A stretch of 64,000 bases of DNA from Cycas panzhihuaensis (GCA_023213395.1 CM041465.1:101253741-101317740), one strand, 5' to 3'; positions 1 to 13,515 are shown, counted from the first letter of the stretch. Program-made: numbers and translations. Notes: generated from the sequence alone by a model not told the origin.

Positions 1-314
1 GTGCCACTCCTATGCATGCCCAAGTTTATACTCATTTGGCTTGTTTCACTGCCCTAGACCCATTTTTACATCTCATTCGTGTCCCTGGGGTCTCCAAAGG
101 GAATGCTCTCTTAAGCAACCTTTGGCATCCCAAGGTAGTCCTTTCACCACCTGCTCTCTCCTAGTGGCCGGATAGTCTACTCCTATACTTGGGTAGCCTC
201 ATTGTTGGGTCCTCTTACCCATCACGGCCATCATTGCTAACCATATGAGCCCCTTTTCTTCACCTTCGACTCTATTATATTTCTTCCCACTGAGGTACTT
301 TCTCATCCATGACT

Positions 315-698
315 CTCTTCATCTTCACTGATGGTAGAAGCCATGGTAATCTTAGTCCCTCCACCATCACATGGATTCTTCATGACCCTTCTGGATATGA
401 TTTCCTACGTTCTTGAGTCTTCCTCCCTGAGGCTACCAATAATGAAGCCAAGTATATAGTTGTTATTGAAACCCTCACCGATGCACTCTGTTTCCACCAC
501 GGACCCATTGTTCTCCTTTGTAACTCCCAGGTTGTGGTGTCCCATCTCACCCAGGTCTACCAGGTGGAATGCCCACACTTGAGAGCCCCCGCTTCGACCG
601 TCAAGTCTTTATTGGCTTCTTTTTAGTCTGTTAGCATTCAACACATCTCTCAGGCCCTCAACATTAAGGCAAACAGCCTCGTCTACCTCATCCTTGAG
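315..698 (+). pseudogene. Degenerate archaeal-type RNase H (aRH) domain of a Tat-like Ty3/Gypsy element, free-standing
   Basis: Manual translation: LFIFTDGRSHG ... ATNNEAKYIVVIETL ... CNSQVVVSHLTQVY ... IQHISQALNIKANSL. These match the RNase HI-like motifs DG, TNNxAEY, DSxLV and HIxRxxNxxAD. Confidence 0.85.
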
Positions 699-3600
699 TG
701 TTGCCTTCCCCTTCTTGATGATCGCCCTTGAGAGACTTGCCTAGTCGACCAGTCGCCCAAGTCTCAGGCCATCTTGCTCCTTATTTTGTGATCTATTCAC
801 ACCTCTGAAAGCCAGCCGCTAATAAGGTTAAACTATAGCAACCCCTAAGTTTGTTCGTGCACTCTATCTTTTGTGATCATCATGCACCTCCCTTGCACCC
901 TCACGATGGGGGCATCCCCCTCATCCATCATAGCTTCTGATTAATTCTCTGGGTGACACGTAGGCAGTCCCTACATTGTCTCAACCCCCATTCTCATATC
1001 CATGCATTCCACCATGACACTTACTGCCACCCTTGGTTCTTGTCACTATTATGATTATTATATACACGTGCTACTGACAGTTGTTATTACTAGCATTTGC
1101 CATCGCACCATACTTTTGAGCAACAAAGCTCTGCTGCCAAGGGGATAGTGTTTCTTGGCTACTGGGAATGGGTATGGACGAATCGACTCAGGTAAGCACA
1201 GGTATATCTTCCCCTTTATCTCAATGTGGATCAGGACATTATTTGGGTTGCATGGTTTGATTAGCTTATTTTATGATTGGTTATGCATCTCGTTTGAGCA
1301 CCTTGTATGTCTCTAGCCTATGACGACCTCTTCACGGGACATACTCCTTAGTGAGTTATGTACCCCCATGGAATTTCACAATCCTCTGCGTGACCTCCAC
1401 ATCGCCTCGAGCTTCTTCCACTTGGTGTGATCTACTCATACCTCATCTAACTACCACAACCCCTAGCTTCCCTAGGAGTGGTAGGCATTTTCTCCTGTTC
1501 CTAGCATCCTTGGGACTCTTTCCTCATGATATCCTACCCAGTCTAGTCGATTCACCCCTTCAGACTATCCCCAACCATGTGGGTAGGACAGATGGCCCCT
1601 CTTAGGCCCAAGATATCCCTATTTTGGGCTCATGGGACCCTTACTTTGGCCATTTTTGTATCTTGGCTTGGCACTACTGTAAACTTGGTAGTATTGCGAA
1701 GTTTATCATGGTGTGATTGTTGTCTACTATTTTTTATATCTGTCGTGGAAATTCTCACCTTTTTCGTAGAATTACCACGTGGATAAGTTGCCAAATAGAC
1801 CCTACCCAAATCCTAATTGCTCGATTAGGGTTAGGATAGGTATATATCCCAAAAACTCATTCATTTTGGATCTTCTAAGGTCTCCAACAACATTCCTTCT
1901 ACTACAATCCTATACTCTCTTCCCTTCTTCTCACAGGTACATCTGTGACACTGGAGTTTCTACCATTCCAACCAAGGATACACCTATAGCAGCTCTGATA
2001 TGTGGTAGAGGACTCTTCATCTAGCATTTTCAAGTGAGATCTCCATGCTCTCTCCTCAGCTATTATCAAGCAAGTTCCTCCCGCAACATCACTTTGTGAG
2101 GTACCTGGAAAACCCTATGAAACCTACCTTCTTCCACTGTTTACAAGGGTAGAACCACTCTTAATACAGCCTAGTAGGTACCTCTTTCTCTTGTTTTAGG
2201 TTTTAGCACAAATCTATTCCATTAAAGCTTATCTATTGGTATTCCTGTCCTAATTTTTATGTTGTCTATTGTGAATAGGGAGTGTTTTTCTCATTTTGTG
2301 CTTGCCACCTCAAGATCTCTCCCATTCTCCACTGGTTTCTCCTAAGAAAGTTGCGGGAGAGGGTCCATAAGGATTGGGTGAAGGGATCTAAGGTGGAATC
2401 TATCCCATTAGGCCTACTCCCTAAGGGCAAATCCCTTCCCATCCTTTCTCTCTTGCATTAGTGCTTCTCTTGGGCAAACTAGGAGTTTGTGGGACCAATC
2501 CTGCACTGGATATCAGTGTACGCAGCCCTTGTTGCGCTGGTTCCACGCCTGCACACTCTCCTTTTGGGAATCTCTTAAGCCCCAAACATCATTCAACATT
2601 CATCTGGCCCCTTAATAAGGCCGATACGGCGATTCGCTACCCATAGCATCTTCGCTACACATGCAACTCTTCTACATCACATAGCATTCACTCATCTTCT
2701 TGCTTGTTGCCCATAGGCTATGATAGAACTATTGTACTTTACATCCTGAGGCTATGTGGATGTCCACTTGCAAGAGGGTTGGCCATCTTAAGGCTAACCT
2801 CTCTTTTCTTGCTCGGTGTATGTTGTTTTTCTTTATAAGAGTGTAGAGTTAGGTTGAGTAGTAGATTGACTAACTTGAGGCATAAAACTTCAACATTTAT
2901 TTTATGTCATTACACATGTATTAGCTTGTATCTTGGCAGCCCCTTCTTGGAAGGGAAAAACCCTTATGCTTATAGGTTTGGCGGCGATATGCATGGAGGA
3001 AAGGAAGGCTTCAATCTGGGTAACATCTTGCCCTATTGTTTCTTTTTCTTTTCTTTCTTTTGTCGCATAGGAACCATTTCCTTTTGCTTCTTCCTTTTAT
3101 TTTATTTTTACATGGGGAAGGTAAGGAAGCCCCCATCCTCTTCGGTAATGGTTGCATAGTGAGCATAAACTAGAGGACACACATGGAGCACAAGTGGATT
3201 GCCTCCTTCAGCTAAGCTATTTTCTGGGTACATACCTCCTCTTTCGGCACGCCCTTTTCCCTTTTATTGTTGTTGGAGTATATATCCTTGTAATAATTAA
3301 GATACATAAAGACAAAGGGAAACAAATTAGCTTTCATGCATGTATATGTTGCATGGATGATTTTATAGGAAAGAGCATGCCATAACAATCACACTCTTTC
3401 CCCCTTTTTACCTCAACATAAGCATCCCCTTAGGCTTGCATTATTTTGGATTGCATACTTAGACTTGCATGATGCATTTTAGTTATCTCTTTGCTTTATA
3501 AATGGAAAAAAGAGAGGGAGAGCATTGTGTGTTTGTTTCCTTTTTATTGTGATAGCATACAACATTCCCTTACCATACACTCTATACATTCAACCGTTTA

Positions 3601-3789
3601 TGGCTTATTTACCATTGTTGAGGCTTGAGTTCCCATCCTCTTACTTTCATATAAATAGGCCCTTGCATCTCATCCCTCTTCCTATAGGAACTCCCCTTTG
3701 GGGTCTCTCCTTCTCCCTTCTAGCCACCCAAGGGTGGGAGGACCTCATCCTTTGGGATTACCCAAGATACTCTCGCGCATATCTCGTCC

Positions 3790-4110
3790 CTTGACAACAA
3801 AAGTGAAATCTACTCCGAGGAAGTTAGGAACCATTCGTGGGTCCTGAACTCATGCTCTGGCATACGGACACCCTATGTGGTGTCCTCTTCTACTTGTAGG
3901 ATATTACCCACATTCCAGCATTAGTCGTTAACCATCTTAACCCCTACTAAGTGTAGTGACCATCCTACAGATGCGATTCTAGATATCAATGATAATTATA
4001 ATCTCTTATTGGGTTACGCATGGCTCAACCAAAGGGAGTCATCTATTTCTCAAGATAGAGGCAACTTAAATTTGCCTATCAAGGGCAAATCAAAGTTGTA
4101 ATTCAAGAGC
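3790..4110 (+). pseudogene. Degenerate Gypsy aspartic protease remnant; no gag recognisable upstream
   Basis: ILDINDNYNLLLGYAWLNQ...QLKFAYQGQIKVV (YNLLLGRPW motif); homologous to 61560-61880 on the minus strand. Confidence 0.7.
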
Positions 4111-5149
4111 CTCCTCTAGTTTGCTCTTCTTGTTAGTTATACTAAGCAATCTTTGGGGTAACAGATGAATAAGATAACCCATCTGACCCATCAATTATAG
4201 GGCTCTTTAAGATTGAATGACCTATCAAAGGAGAGAGAGTCCTTCCTCCTCCACTAAACTTGGTACATTTTCCCCTTATTAGTATAGGGAGCTACAGCTA
4301 CTTAGCTATCCTCAATGATAGGGAGTCTAATGATGGGTATGAGAATCCCATGTGACAAATGGCTTTTCTTAATATCATGAGGGGGGAGACATCATAAATT
4401 GATATGACCCCTCTGTTTGGTCCCAACCCCTATGCATTGGGAGTAACCCAATAACAAGTTCCCCCATCTCCACTAGGGTGGGAATCTCATTACCTTCAAG
4501 CATGGCTCACTCACCACTCACCTTAAATCCCACATAGCATGCATCCTTATTAGGGGAACCCACCTCTCCTGAGGAAGCAATAAGGGGAACCATCCCTCTT
4601 CCTTCTATTCAGGCCACCTTTTAAGGAAATATCACTTAGGGGAGAGATGGGGAATCATCCAGCTATAAGTTGGACTCCTCATCTCCCCCTCTCATATGTC
4701 ATGCACTATCAACCTACTTCAATGTGTATGGAATCTTCCAACTTAAGGGCACCACATAATCCCTATTAGTCCATAGTGCTAACGAAGATCAGAATTTATC
4801 TTCTTATATGATGAATCTATTGTTTATAATCCTGATCCTTTTCATAGCTCTTTGTCCTTCTCAAAGGAAAGACCTATCCTAAAGGTATATTCTAATTCCT
4901 TAGAGGAGTCACCTTATTATCTTAATTGGTAAGTCAACCATTAGTAGTGGATCACTCCACCATAAGTTCTTCAACCTCCCATAAGTAAGATTGTCTATGG
5001 GATAGATTTCTTTGAGAATAATAAGGCCTTACTTGAACATTTAGTTAAGACCTCACCTAATCTACCTTTTAGGCACTATAAACTGGGCTTTTAGAAGTGC
5101 CTCACTATCAGTTCTCCACTATTCAACCTAGGAAATGTGATGACTGAAC

Positions 5150-5722
5150 CTAATCCCCAAATAGACCAAGCTCCCTCTTACTTTGAAAATGGAATTATCC
5201 TATACATGGGGGTAACTAAGGACATCATCCTTGTCCCTACTCAGGTTATCAAGATTGGGGTTGAGCATACAACTAAGGAGGTCTAGGAATATACAGAACT
5301 ATTCCATGAGTTTTATGATGTGTTTGCATGGGATTACTTTGACATAAATGGCATCGACCCTAATATTGTCACTTACAATCTTACTACAATCTTAGGTGCT
5401 CATCCTATTAGACAAAAATAGTACCCTTTGTATCAAAAGATTTTAGCCACAATTAAAATAGAGGTTGAGAAGTTGCATAATGTAGGCTTAATCACTTTGA
5501 TTGATTACCCAAAATGGGTCTCAAATATTGTCTCAATTGCTAAAAAGAATGGGATAACAAGGATCTGTATGGATTTTTGTGATATTAATAATGCATACCC
5601 AAAAGATAATTTCTCACTACTTTTTATTAATTAAATCATTAATCAAACTATGAGATTTAAAGTCATGTCTTTAATAGACAAATTCTTAAAATATAATCAA
5701 ATTCAAATTTCTCTTGAAGATC
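5150..5722 (+). pseudogene. Tat-like Ty3/Gypsy reverse transcriptase, N-terminal half, truncated
   Basis: IDQAPSYFENG, DVFAWDYFDINGIDPNIV, YPKWVSNIVSIAKKNGITRICMDFCDINNAYPKDNF, YNQIQISLED. Homology stops abruptly at ~5722. Confidence 0.92.
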
Positions 5723-6304
5723 TGGTTGGATTCTTAGGAGTACCTAGACTAAACATCTCTCGATTCTTATTTCAATTAAAATTAAAAGATGTGGAGTTCA
5801 AGAATACCTAAGGGACTATCTTTACCCAACTCCTAAGAAGGAGTCTTCACCTAGTAGTGTCATCTAATAAGGTGTGAATGGATATAATGAAAGGCATAGA
5901 TATGAAATAAAGTAGTAGAATCCACTAACCTACATGACTCTGTGAAGGAGTTCTAAATCCATAACTACACTAACAATATCCTCAATGTCCTTCCTAAGGA
6001 CTCCTCTCTTGTAATCTTTTCAACCTTTTAGGTTCTACTTAGATGTAGAAGAGGGTAAGTTGATAGGAAAATGATTTGTTTTATTTTGTTCCTTATATTT
6101 GTTTGTGCTTACTTTGTTTTCTTTCTCTTTTTTTTTTTCTTATGATATTTATGGTCACTTTGTCTTCCTTTGGGTTTTGTTCTTCTTTTGTTTTCATTTT
6201 TGTTTCCTCTCTTTTTTTTTAATCTTAATATAATATCAACAAAGAAACAAAATGAAGAAAGCAAGACAAATCTAGATAATCAATGAGACCAAAAGACCAA
6301 ACCT

Positions 6305-7272
<968 letters not shown>

Positions 7273-8536
7273 ACAATCAAAAGTAAATAAACTAAAAAAG
7301 ATGCATACTAGCTTTTTATGTCTTTTTTCTTTGTTTTGAAAGGGATGACACTACCAAAGATAAAACACACTATATGATCATTTGTATAAGTTTCTCAAAG
7401 AGATCAATAACATGCAAAACTAGTCAACAAACTTCATCTTTCATACATGTAACTAATTCTTTAAAAAAAAAAGATAATGAATGGTATAAAAAGAAAAGAG
7501 ATTTTTAGAAGATATTACTATTGTTTTCCAATGATTTTCAGACCTATGAGATGATAAGCAAATCATAAATCTGAATCGTAACTTTCACATAAAAAACTAG
7601 TTTTAAAGGTTCTATCACAATTAGAGTAAGAGGGACTGCAAAATGATCCTTAAACCCATATCAAACTGAAAAATCAAAGATGTTTTTGCTTTTTAATATT
7701 TTTAACTTTTCTTTTGAAAGATAAAGAAATAAACTTAAAAGTGAAAATCAATTAAACCACACGATTATAAGAGTGAAACTCCCTTCTTAGTGCAAATGGA
7801 CACCTCAAAATGATAGTTTTTCTTTCCAACTAATCAATTTAATTTCACAAACTTTCCTTCAAAGAAAATCAAAGGAGAATAACAACAACCAAAGGAGGCT
7901 AAAATACAACCCAACCATGCCAAAAGGAGTGGTAACTTCACTAAAATATAAACTGTTGTAAAAGAGTAAGAAGGGATAATTAGATGAGTGATGGAGAGAT
8001 GACCATGCTTTGCCCTAGTCTAACCCTTAAGGAACCCCACAAGGGCTAGTATTTTAGTATATATTTCAAAGTCCAAAATAAATACAAGATCAATGTAATA
8101 ATTAACTAAAGAAAAGAGCAATTTCTAAGCAAAGAATACCTTCAAAGTACTATAAAATAAGCTAAAAACTTAATAAGAAAGACCTTACCTAATTAAAAAA
8201 AGTTTGGAGTATGAAACCTTAATAAAAGCCCAAAAGATTGAAGCTCAGACCATCAACATTCAATATCAATATCACAACATTAAAAATCTTCCATGAATTC
8301 ACCCACAAGTTTTTTTTTAAATCTAAATTTAAGTCTCACAGTAGCACTCTTCAAAAATCTCTAAGAAAACTCAAAAAGTCTACTATAGACTTGAGTAAAT
8401 CACATCCTAACTCGTCAATAATGAATTACATAAGACTCGACATCATTCCTCAGTAATGAAGAGATCAAATTCCATCAAATTTAGGTGGAAGTATACAAAA
8501 TTCTAGTGCACTAGTTGAGTTTTGCATGCATAACAG

Positions 8537-8635
8537 TAAAAAACGTGACCGGTCATATTTTTCAACCTATAAAAACATGACTTTATACTAAAAATACAAT
8601 CGGTTGTGTTTTTGGTAGTGCCAAAAATGTGATAA
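8537..8635. repeat. Cluster of AAAAAyryGAC / GTCryrTTTTT motifs (decayed CpG palindrome)
   Basis: aaaaacgtgaccggtcatattttt, aaaaacatgac, aaaatacaatcggttgtgttttt, aaaaatgtgat. Confidence 0.75.
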
Positions 8636-9252
8636 ATATGAAGGTAAAATTTTATTCAAAAAAGTAAAAATTTAATATTAAATAGAAATTAAAGCACAAA
8701 AATGACTTTGTAAATGAATAAATGAGCCCAGAACAAGGTGAAAAATATCAAATACAAGTTTAAAAATGACAAGAAATAATAAAATTGGGTGAAATCAAGG
8801 ATGAAACATAAAAATGATAAATTTTAAAGGAGGCATGAGGTCAAATTGATCATGAAGGAAAACGTTAATGTCATAGTTTAAGTCATCAATGGATGATAGT
8901 AAAAATACAAGTCACATCATCATTCATCATAATTCATTAAATCAAATTCATACATTCCTTCATCAAAATGTGGCCTAATTCATAACAAGCAAATCATCAT
9001 TCATTTTCCATAAAACTACACAACAAACATATCAAAACTTACCAATACAATTCAAAAGGCTAAGTTTTAATGAAAGATTTACCCCTTTAATACCTGAAGC
9101 TCCTAGAGATATGATGGTGAAAGGTGGTAATGATATAAATAATCATCATTCTAGTCAGAGTGATAGGAACCAAATAAAGTACATGAATATGACCTAACAT
9201 GAAATGAAATTCGTATAATAACAAGACCAAAAGAAACTTTTTACTAGAAAAT

Positions 9253-9452
9253 CTACCCAAAAAGATTGGGTATCTACTATCAAAACATCACTATTTATAC
9301 CTCTTACCCAAAAGGACTAAGTATCTAACATCACTAAATTCTACCAAAAAAGACTAGGTATCGATCAATATCAAGAACTTACCTAAAAGGACTGGGTATT
9401 TATCACCAAAATGGCACTACTTTCACCTTTTCCTAAAAGGACTGGGCACCTA
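9253..9452. repeat. Five copies of hairpin-like motif TACCCAAAAGGACTGGGTA, 38-51 bp apart
   Basis: Copies at ~9253, 9304, 9341, 9379, 9430. Confidence 0.85.
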
Positions 9453-9473
9453 ATGTTGTCAAACATCTACCTA

Positions 9474-9568
9474 GCACCCACAAACTAGATGGGATTTCAT
9501 TATCATCAACACACTCACAAACTAGATGAGACTTCACTATCAAATGCCCATGAACTAGATGGGACTCT
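9474..9568. repeat. Three ~35-bp tandem units with core CCCACAAACTAGATGGGAC
   Basis: cacaaactagatgggatttc / cacaaactagatgagacttc / catgaactagatgggactc. Confidence 0.85.
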
Positions 9569-9647
9569 AATGTATAATGGGTCAAAGTTTATCTCTCTTT
9601 AACCATGCATCAGAGGGAAATCTTTTTATCATAGTAAAAAGGATAGA

Positions 9648-10097
9648 CTATCATAGTTTATCACTCATTAATTGGTGATTTTTCATAGCTAACATATTAT
9701 AGTTTAGCCTTGTTAATGGAGTGAGGGCTTTAGAAGGTTGATTATTTTAGTTTAACCTTATTATCAATCAAATTCAAAGGGATTCTTATCATAGTTTAAG
9801 CTCATTAACAGGTAGAAGGGCTTCATAGCATCTATCCTGACATAGTTTCAACTCATTAATAGATGAAAGGAGTTTTAAAGCTAAATTCTATCATAGTTTA
9901 AGTTCATCAATAAGTAAAGGTAAGCTCAAAGCATCAATTCTATCATTGTTTAGACTCATTAACAAGTGAGAAAAGGCTTGGAGTGTCAATCCTGTCATAG
10001 TTTAGACTCATTAATAGGTAGAAAAAAGCTTAGAGTGTCGATCCTATCATAGTTTAGACTCATTAACAAGCAAAAAAAGACTTGAAGTGTGAATCCT
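9648..10097. repeat. Nine ~50-bp tandem units with conserved core CTATCATAGTTTAGACTCATTAA
   Basis: The core recurs about every 44-52 bp. The right-most three units are the most similar to each other; the left ones are divergent. Confidence 0.92.
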
Positions 10098-10535
10098 TTA
10101 CAGATAAACATCAAAGATTGATATGTGGAGTAGAATATGGGTGATAAATTATATCTCTAAAGAGGAAATGAGCTCCAACAATCAGAATTACACATCAAAA
10201 TAATACTTGGCCTTTATCAAAGTAAATATATATTCTTGAATATTTATTGACAACTTAATAAAATAGCGATTAAAGGAGAGCATATTTTGCTTTGATAAAT
10301 CCCATGGGTGCTAGCAAAACTTCTACTAAGGAAACACAAGAAAAAGGCCTCCCTATATGTAAGAAAATGGACGAAAAGGTTTCATTTTCATGCAAGGGAG
10401 GAGGAGAAAATGAGAGACCTATAAGTTATTTTCTCATATTCTGGAGCGATCGTGAGCTCTTTCTGGTGGGAGACTGGCTCCATGGGATCCTCATCATCAA
10501 GATGGAGTAGAGAGCTAGATACCCAGTGAGTGATA

Positions 10536-10542
10536 TGTGTAT

Positions 10543-10586
<44 letters not shown>
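10536..10586. repeat. (TG)n microsatellite in the putative first intron of the PMD gene
   Basis: Direct sequence. Confidence 0.95.
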
Positions 10587-10592
<6 letters not shown>

Positions 10593-10605
10593 TCAATGAA
10601 AAATA

Positions 10606-10772
10606 AAGTGACATAATGCAAAAAATATGGTCACTGCACTAAAAATATGACTAGTGAATGAAAAATGTGATAAGTTAGTGAAAAATGTGACTTTAGCATT
10701 TGAGACCATTGAAAAAAGTCATATTTTTTACTATGAAGTCATGTTTTTTGCCTGTGAAATCACATTTTTAGT
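10606..10772. repeat. Second cluster of AAAAAyryGAC / GTCryrTTTTT motifs (~7 copies, both orientations)
   Basis: aaaaatatggtc, aaaaatatgac, aaaaatgtgat, aaaaatgtgac, gtcatattttt, gtcatgttttt, atcacattttt. Confidence 0.8.
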
Positions 10773-13515
10773 TACTTCGTTACACTTTTGAACCTTTGGT
10801 CAACCAAACTTTGAAAAATAAAAATTTTGAAAGAAAATAATAATCTAACAGACTATAAATGATGTGATATAGGCCCTAGAGAGAGTGGAGATGCAAGAGA
10901 ACGAGGGAATGGCCATTGGAGAGCTCATGAGTTATCTTGATGAGGCTGGATGGGGTATTCTAAGAGGATGTGGCCTTTTACAGATGAGTACATCTAACCA
11001 ACTCATCATGGAGTATAAGATATTGCATGATTTTATTAACTGTTGGGTCCTAGGATGCAATAGATTTAGGGTATGAGCTATTGGGGACCTTCAGATTACT
11101 CTGAGGTATGTGAGGACGATCTTAGAGGTCAGCTAACATGGAGAGAGGGTCAAACTTATTTAGGTGACATATGAGAAGTCTTGGATGGCCTACAATAAGT
11201 ACTTAACAGGGTTTGCTAACTAGATAGACTAGTACAGGATCTAGATAGAGGTTGTTAGGACAATAAAAGGGATCCTAGTAGTATGGAGGATCATGCCATG
11301 ATCATCATCTATAGGATAGTAAGTACTTAGAACTTTGTGAGGATTCTAACTCAATGAATAAGAGTGATGAGACAGTGTAAGTAGCGGGTTAAGATCAATT
11401 GGGGGTAGTACATAATTGACAGCATTAGCCACTAGTTATCAAGGATCAGGAGGATGGGGAGGGGTAGATTCTTATACAATTCTATCCTAATGTACTAGTT
11501 ATATAATCATGTTCTATTTATGAGACCAGGAGGAGCATTAGGAGAGCTAGTGATGATGGACCTAGGGATGAATAGGTGGTATATAAGATCACAAATCCAT
11601 AATAAGCTAGTTATCATAGTAGAGGATGCATATATAGGGCTTCCAATCTGGAGTGACAATGAGATAGATGCCATAGAGAGGGCAATATTAGAGGAGGCTC
11701 TTGCAGTTGGATGAGAGATAGGGAGAGGGACAGATGGAGGAGCACAAAGTAAAAAAGGTGGTAGAGGTGGTAAGGAGGTAAGACAAGGAGGTAGAGGAGG
11801 TGCCTCATCTAATAGGGGAGTAGGGGGAAGTCACCAGGTGCTAAAGAGAGGAGGTGGAGCACCTATGGAAGGGAGAGGAGGCTCCACATAGAGCATGGAG
11901 CTAGAGTCAGTAGGTAGGTAGGGCAAGGATAGAAGGTGCAGAGCTAGAGAGGGTTGAGCCACTTACGAGGCTCACCAGGAGCCATAGGGAGGAGAGATAT
12001 TACCCATGGAGGAGATGGGTACAAATCCAATAGGAGGAGGATCATTAGGTATGTGATTTTATTGATTTATTTCCTGTATGATATGGTATTTATTTTCTTT
12101 TTCAAATCTTTTTCTTCTAAGGGACTGATCATGGATTACACGTTTCTATTAGGTAGGTGATGAGATGGTGACCATAAGGAAGGTTCATAGGACATTAGAG
12201 GTAATCTTCCCTTACATTCCATCATTAGAATAGGAATCTATATGGAACATAGTAGATCATAGGCTATTGGGATGTCATATTAACTATTACAGCCATGCAC
12301 TTTGAGCTTAAGACCTCTACATGGATACGAGGGCAGAGTTATAGACATAAGAGTTGGAGCTCATGGTAGATAAGGAGGAGAGATGACACCTACGGAGGAT
12401 GACATTAGCTCATGTAGGAGCTAGATACACTCCATCAACTAGTACAACAATGTAGTAGGGGCTACACCACCTCCCACCCCATTGAGAGTCTACACGTGGG
12501 GAGACTTCAAGTAGGAGGAAGAGGGCAGGTCTAGGTGCTTTCGAGTGGTTTCATAAAGAGTTAGAGGGATAAGTGTATGATATGTTGTATAGGAAATAGG
12601 AGGATGATGAGAGGCATTTTATGAGCCTTTAGTATATGTTATGAGTCACTTAGGTGACATATGTACTATATCTTTTGTTATCATGTATATATACTAATCT
12701 TTTTCTCTTAAAATTTGTGTATGAAAACTTGTCTCTAAACCCTTTTTCCCCCTTATTCCTATTTTAAATTTAAGTATAAAATACATTCATTAGTATGACT
12801 GTCCAAAGAAACATATAATAAATTTTATTATTTTTACTTTGTCTATTCTTTTATAGTTATATGCTTCTTCTTTTTTTTTTGTCATACTATATGCATGATA
12901 GTTTATACTCATTCCAGAGTAGAGATGGTTTAGGAAAGAAAAGATCATGAGAAAGAGTGAAAACCAGGAGATAAATGGAAGATCAAAAGGGAACAGGTGA
13001 AGGTTTACTTACCCTATTTTTATAAACTTAAAAGCATCCAAAACTAGTGGTAATAAGTTTATAAAAGTAGAAGATGGAGTGGTATGAATCTCCCAAAAGG
13101 AAACTCATATCATACTCTTGATAGATTATATAAACATAGGATATATCCCATATTTACATAATATACCATAGAGAAAGTAAGTTATTTACTAAATGAAACT
13201 AATTCCACTTAATAATCAACTAATTATCTAAGTATATTGGATCTCTCATTAGCTCCTTCTAATGATAAGAAGCTTTCAGGGACTTGTCCCCTGCCAAGAT
13301 CCTCCATGGATAAAGATTCCCACATGGGTCTTGCCATTTCAAATTATTGTATCTCAATCTTCTGTCTATCATCTCAATCTTCAAATTACTAAAATCTATA
13401 ATTTTCCCTAATCAATAGTTTATACTCGTCACAGAGTGGTAGTTTATAGTCATTCTAGAGTGGGGTACCCCTAGCTAAAAGAAGAAAGCTAAAAGAAGAA
13501 AGTCAACTAAAATAA

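Larger units (their letters stand above)
10482..12610 (+). pseudogene. Spliced Plant Mobile Domain (PMD / aminotransferase-like) extra gene of a Tat element, antisense to pol
   Basis: ILHDFINCWVLGCNRFRV*AIGDLQITLRYVRTILEV (PMD N-terminal signature W...F....G..tITL.DV..ILG) and KINWG, then a G/R/E-rich tract. Candidate introns at 10526-~10872 (GTGAGT donor) and 12049-12156. Paralogous to 16990-22560(-). Confidence 0.72.

Noticed and set aside
1351-3794. Short ORFs in the track (also 8238, 14186, 16504, 34537, 44040, 49302, 52513, 54766)
   Set aside because: No recognisable motifs; they lie in LTR/UTR-like DNA.
6150-6300. T-rich then A-rich quasi-inverted repeat left of the first TA array
   Set aside because: Low complexity; the similarity could be chance.
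9990-10070. Hammerhead ribozyme core (reverse strand TAATGAG..TAAAC resembles CUGAUGA..GAAAC)
   Set aside because: Only ~3 nt between the boxes (no stem II), GAAA not recoverable by transitions alone, no flanking stems seen. An Infernal search on a young consensus would settle it.
9648-10097. CRISPR-like repeat/spacer appearance
   Set aside because: Spacers are homologous to each other, repeats are degenerate, there are no cas genes, and the context is a plant retrotransposon.
10482-12610. Host MAIN/MAIL-like gene
   Set aside because: Embedded in retroelement 3' regions in two copies and riddled with stops; treated as TE cargo, no gene symbol assigned.
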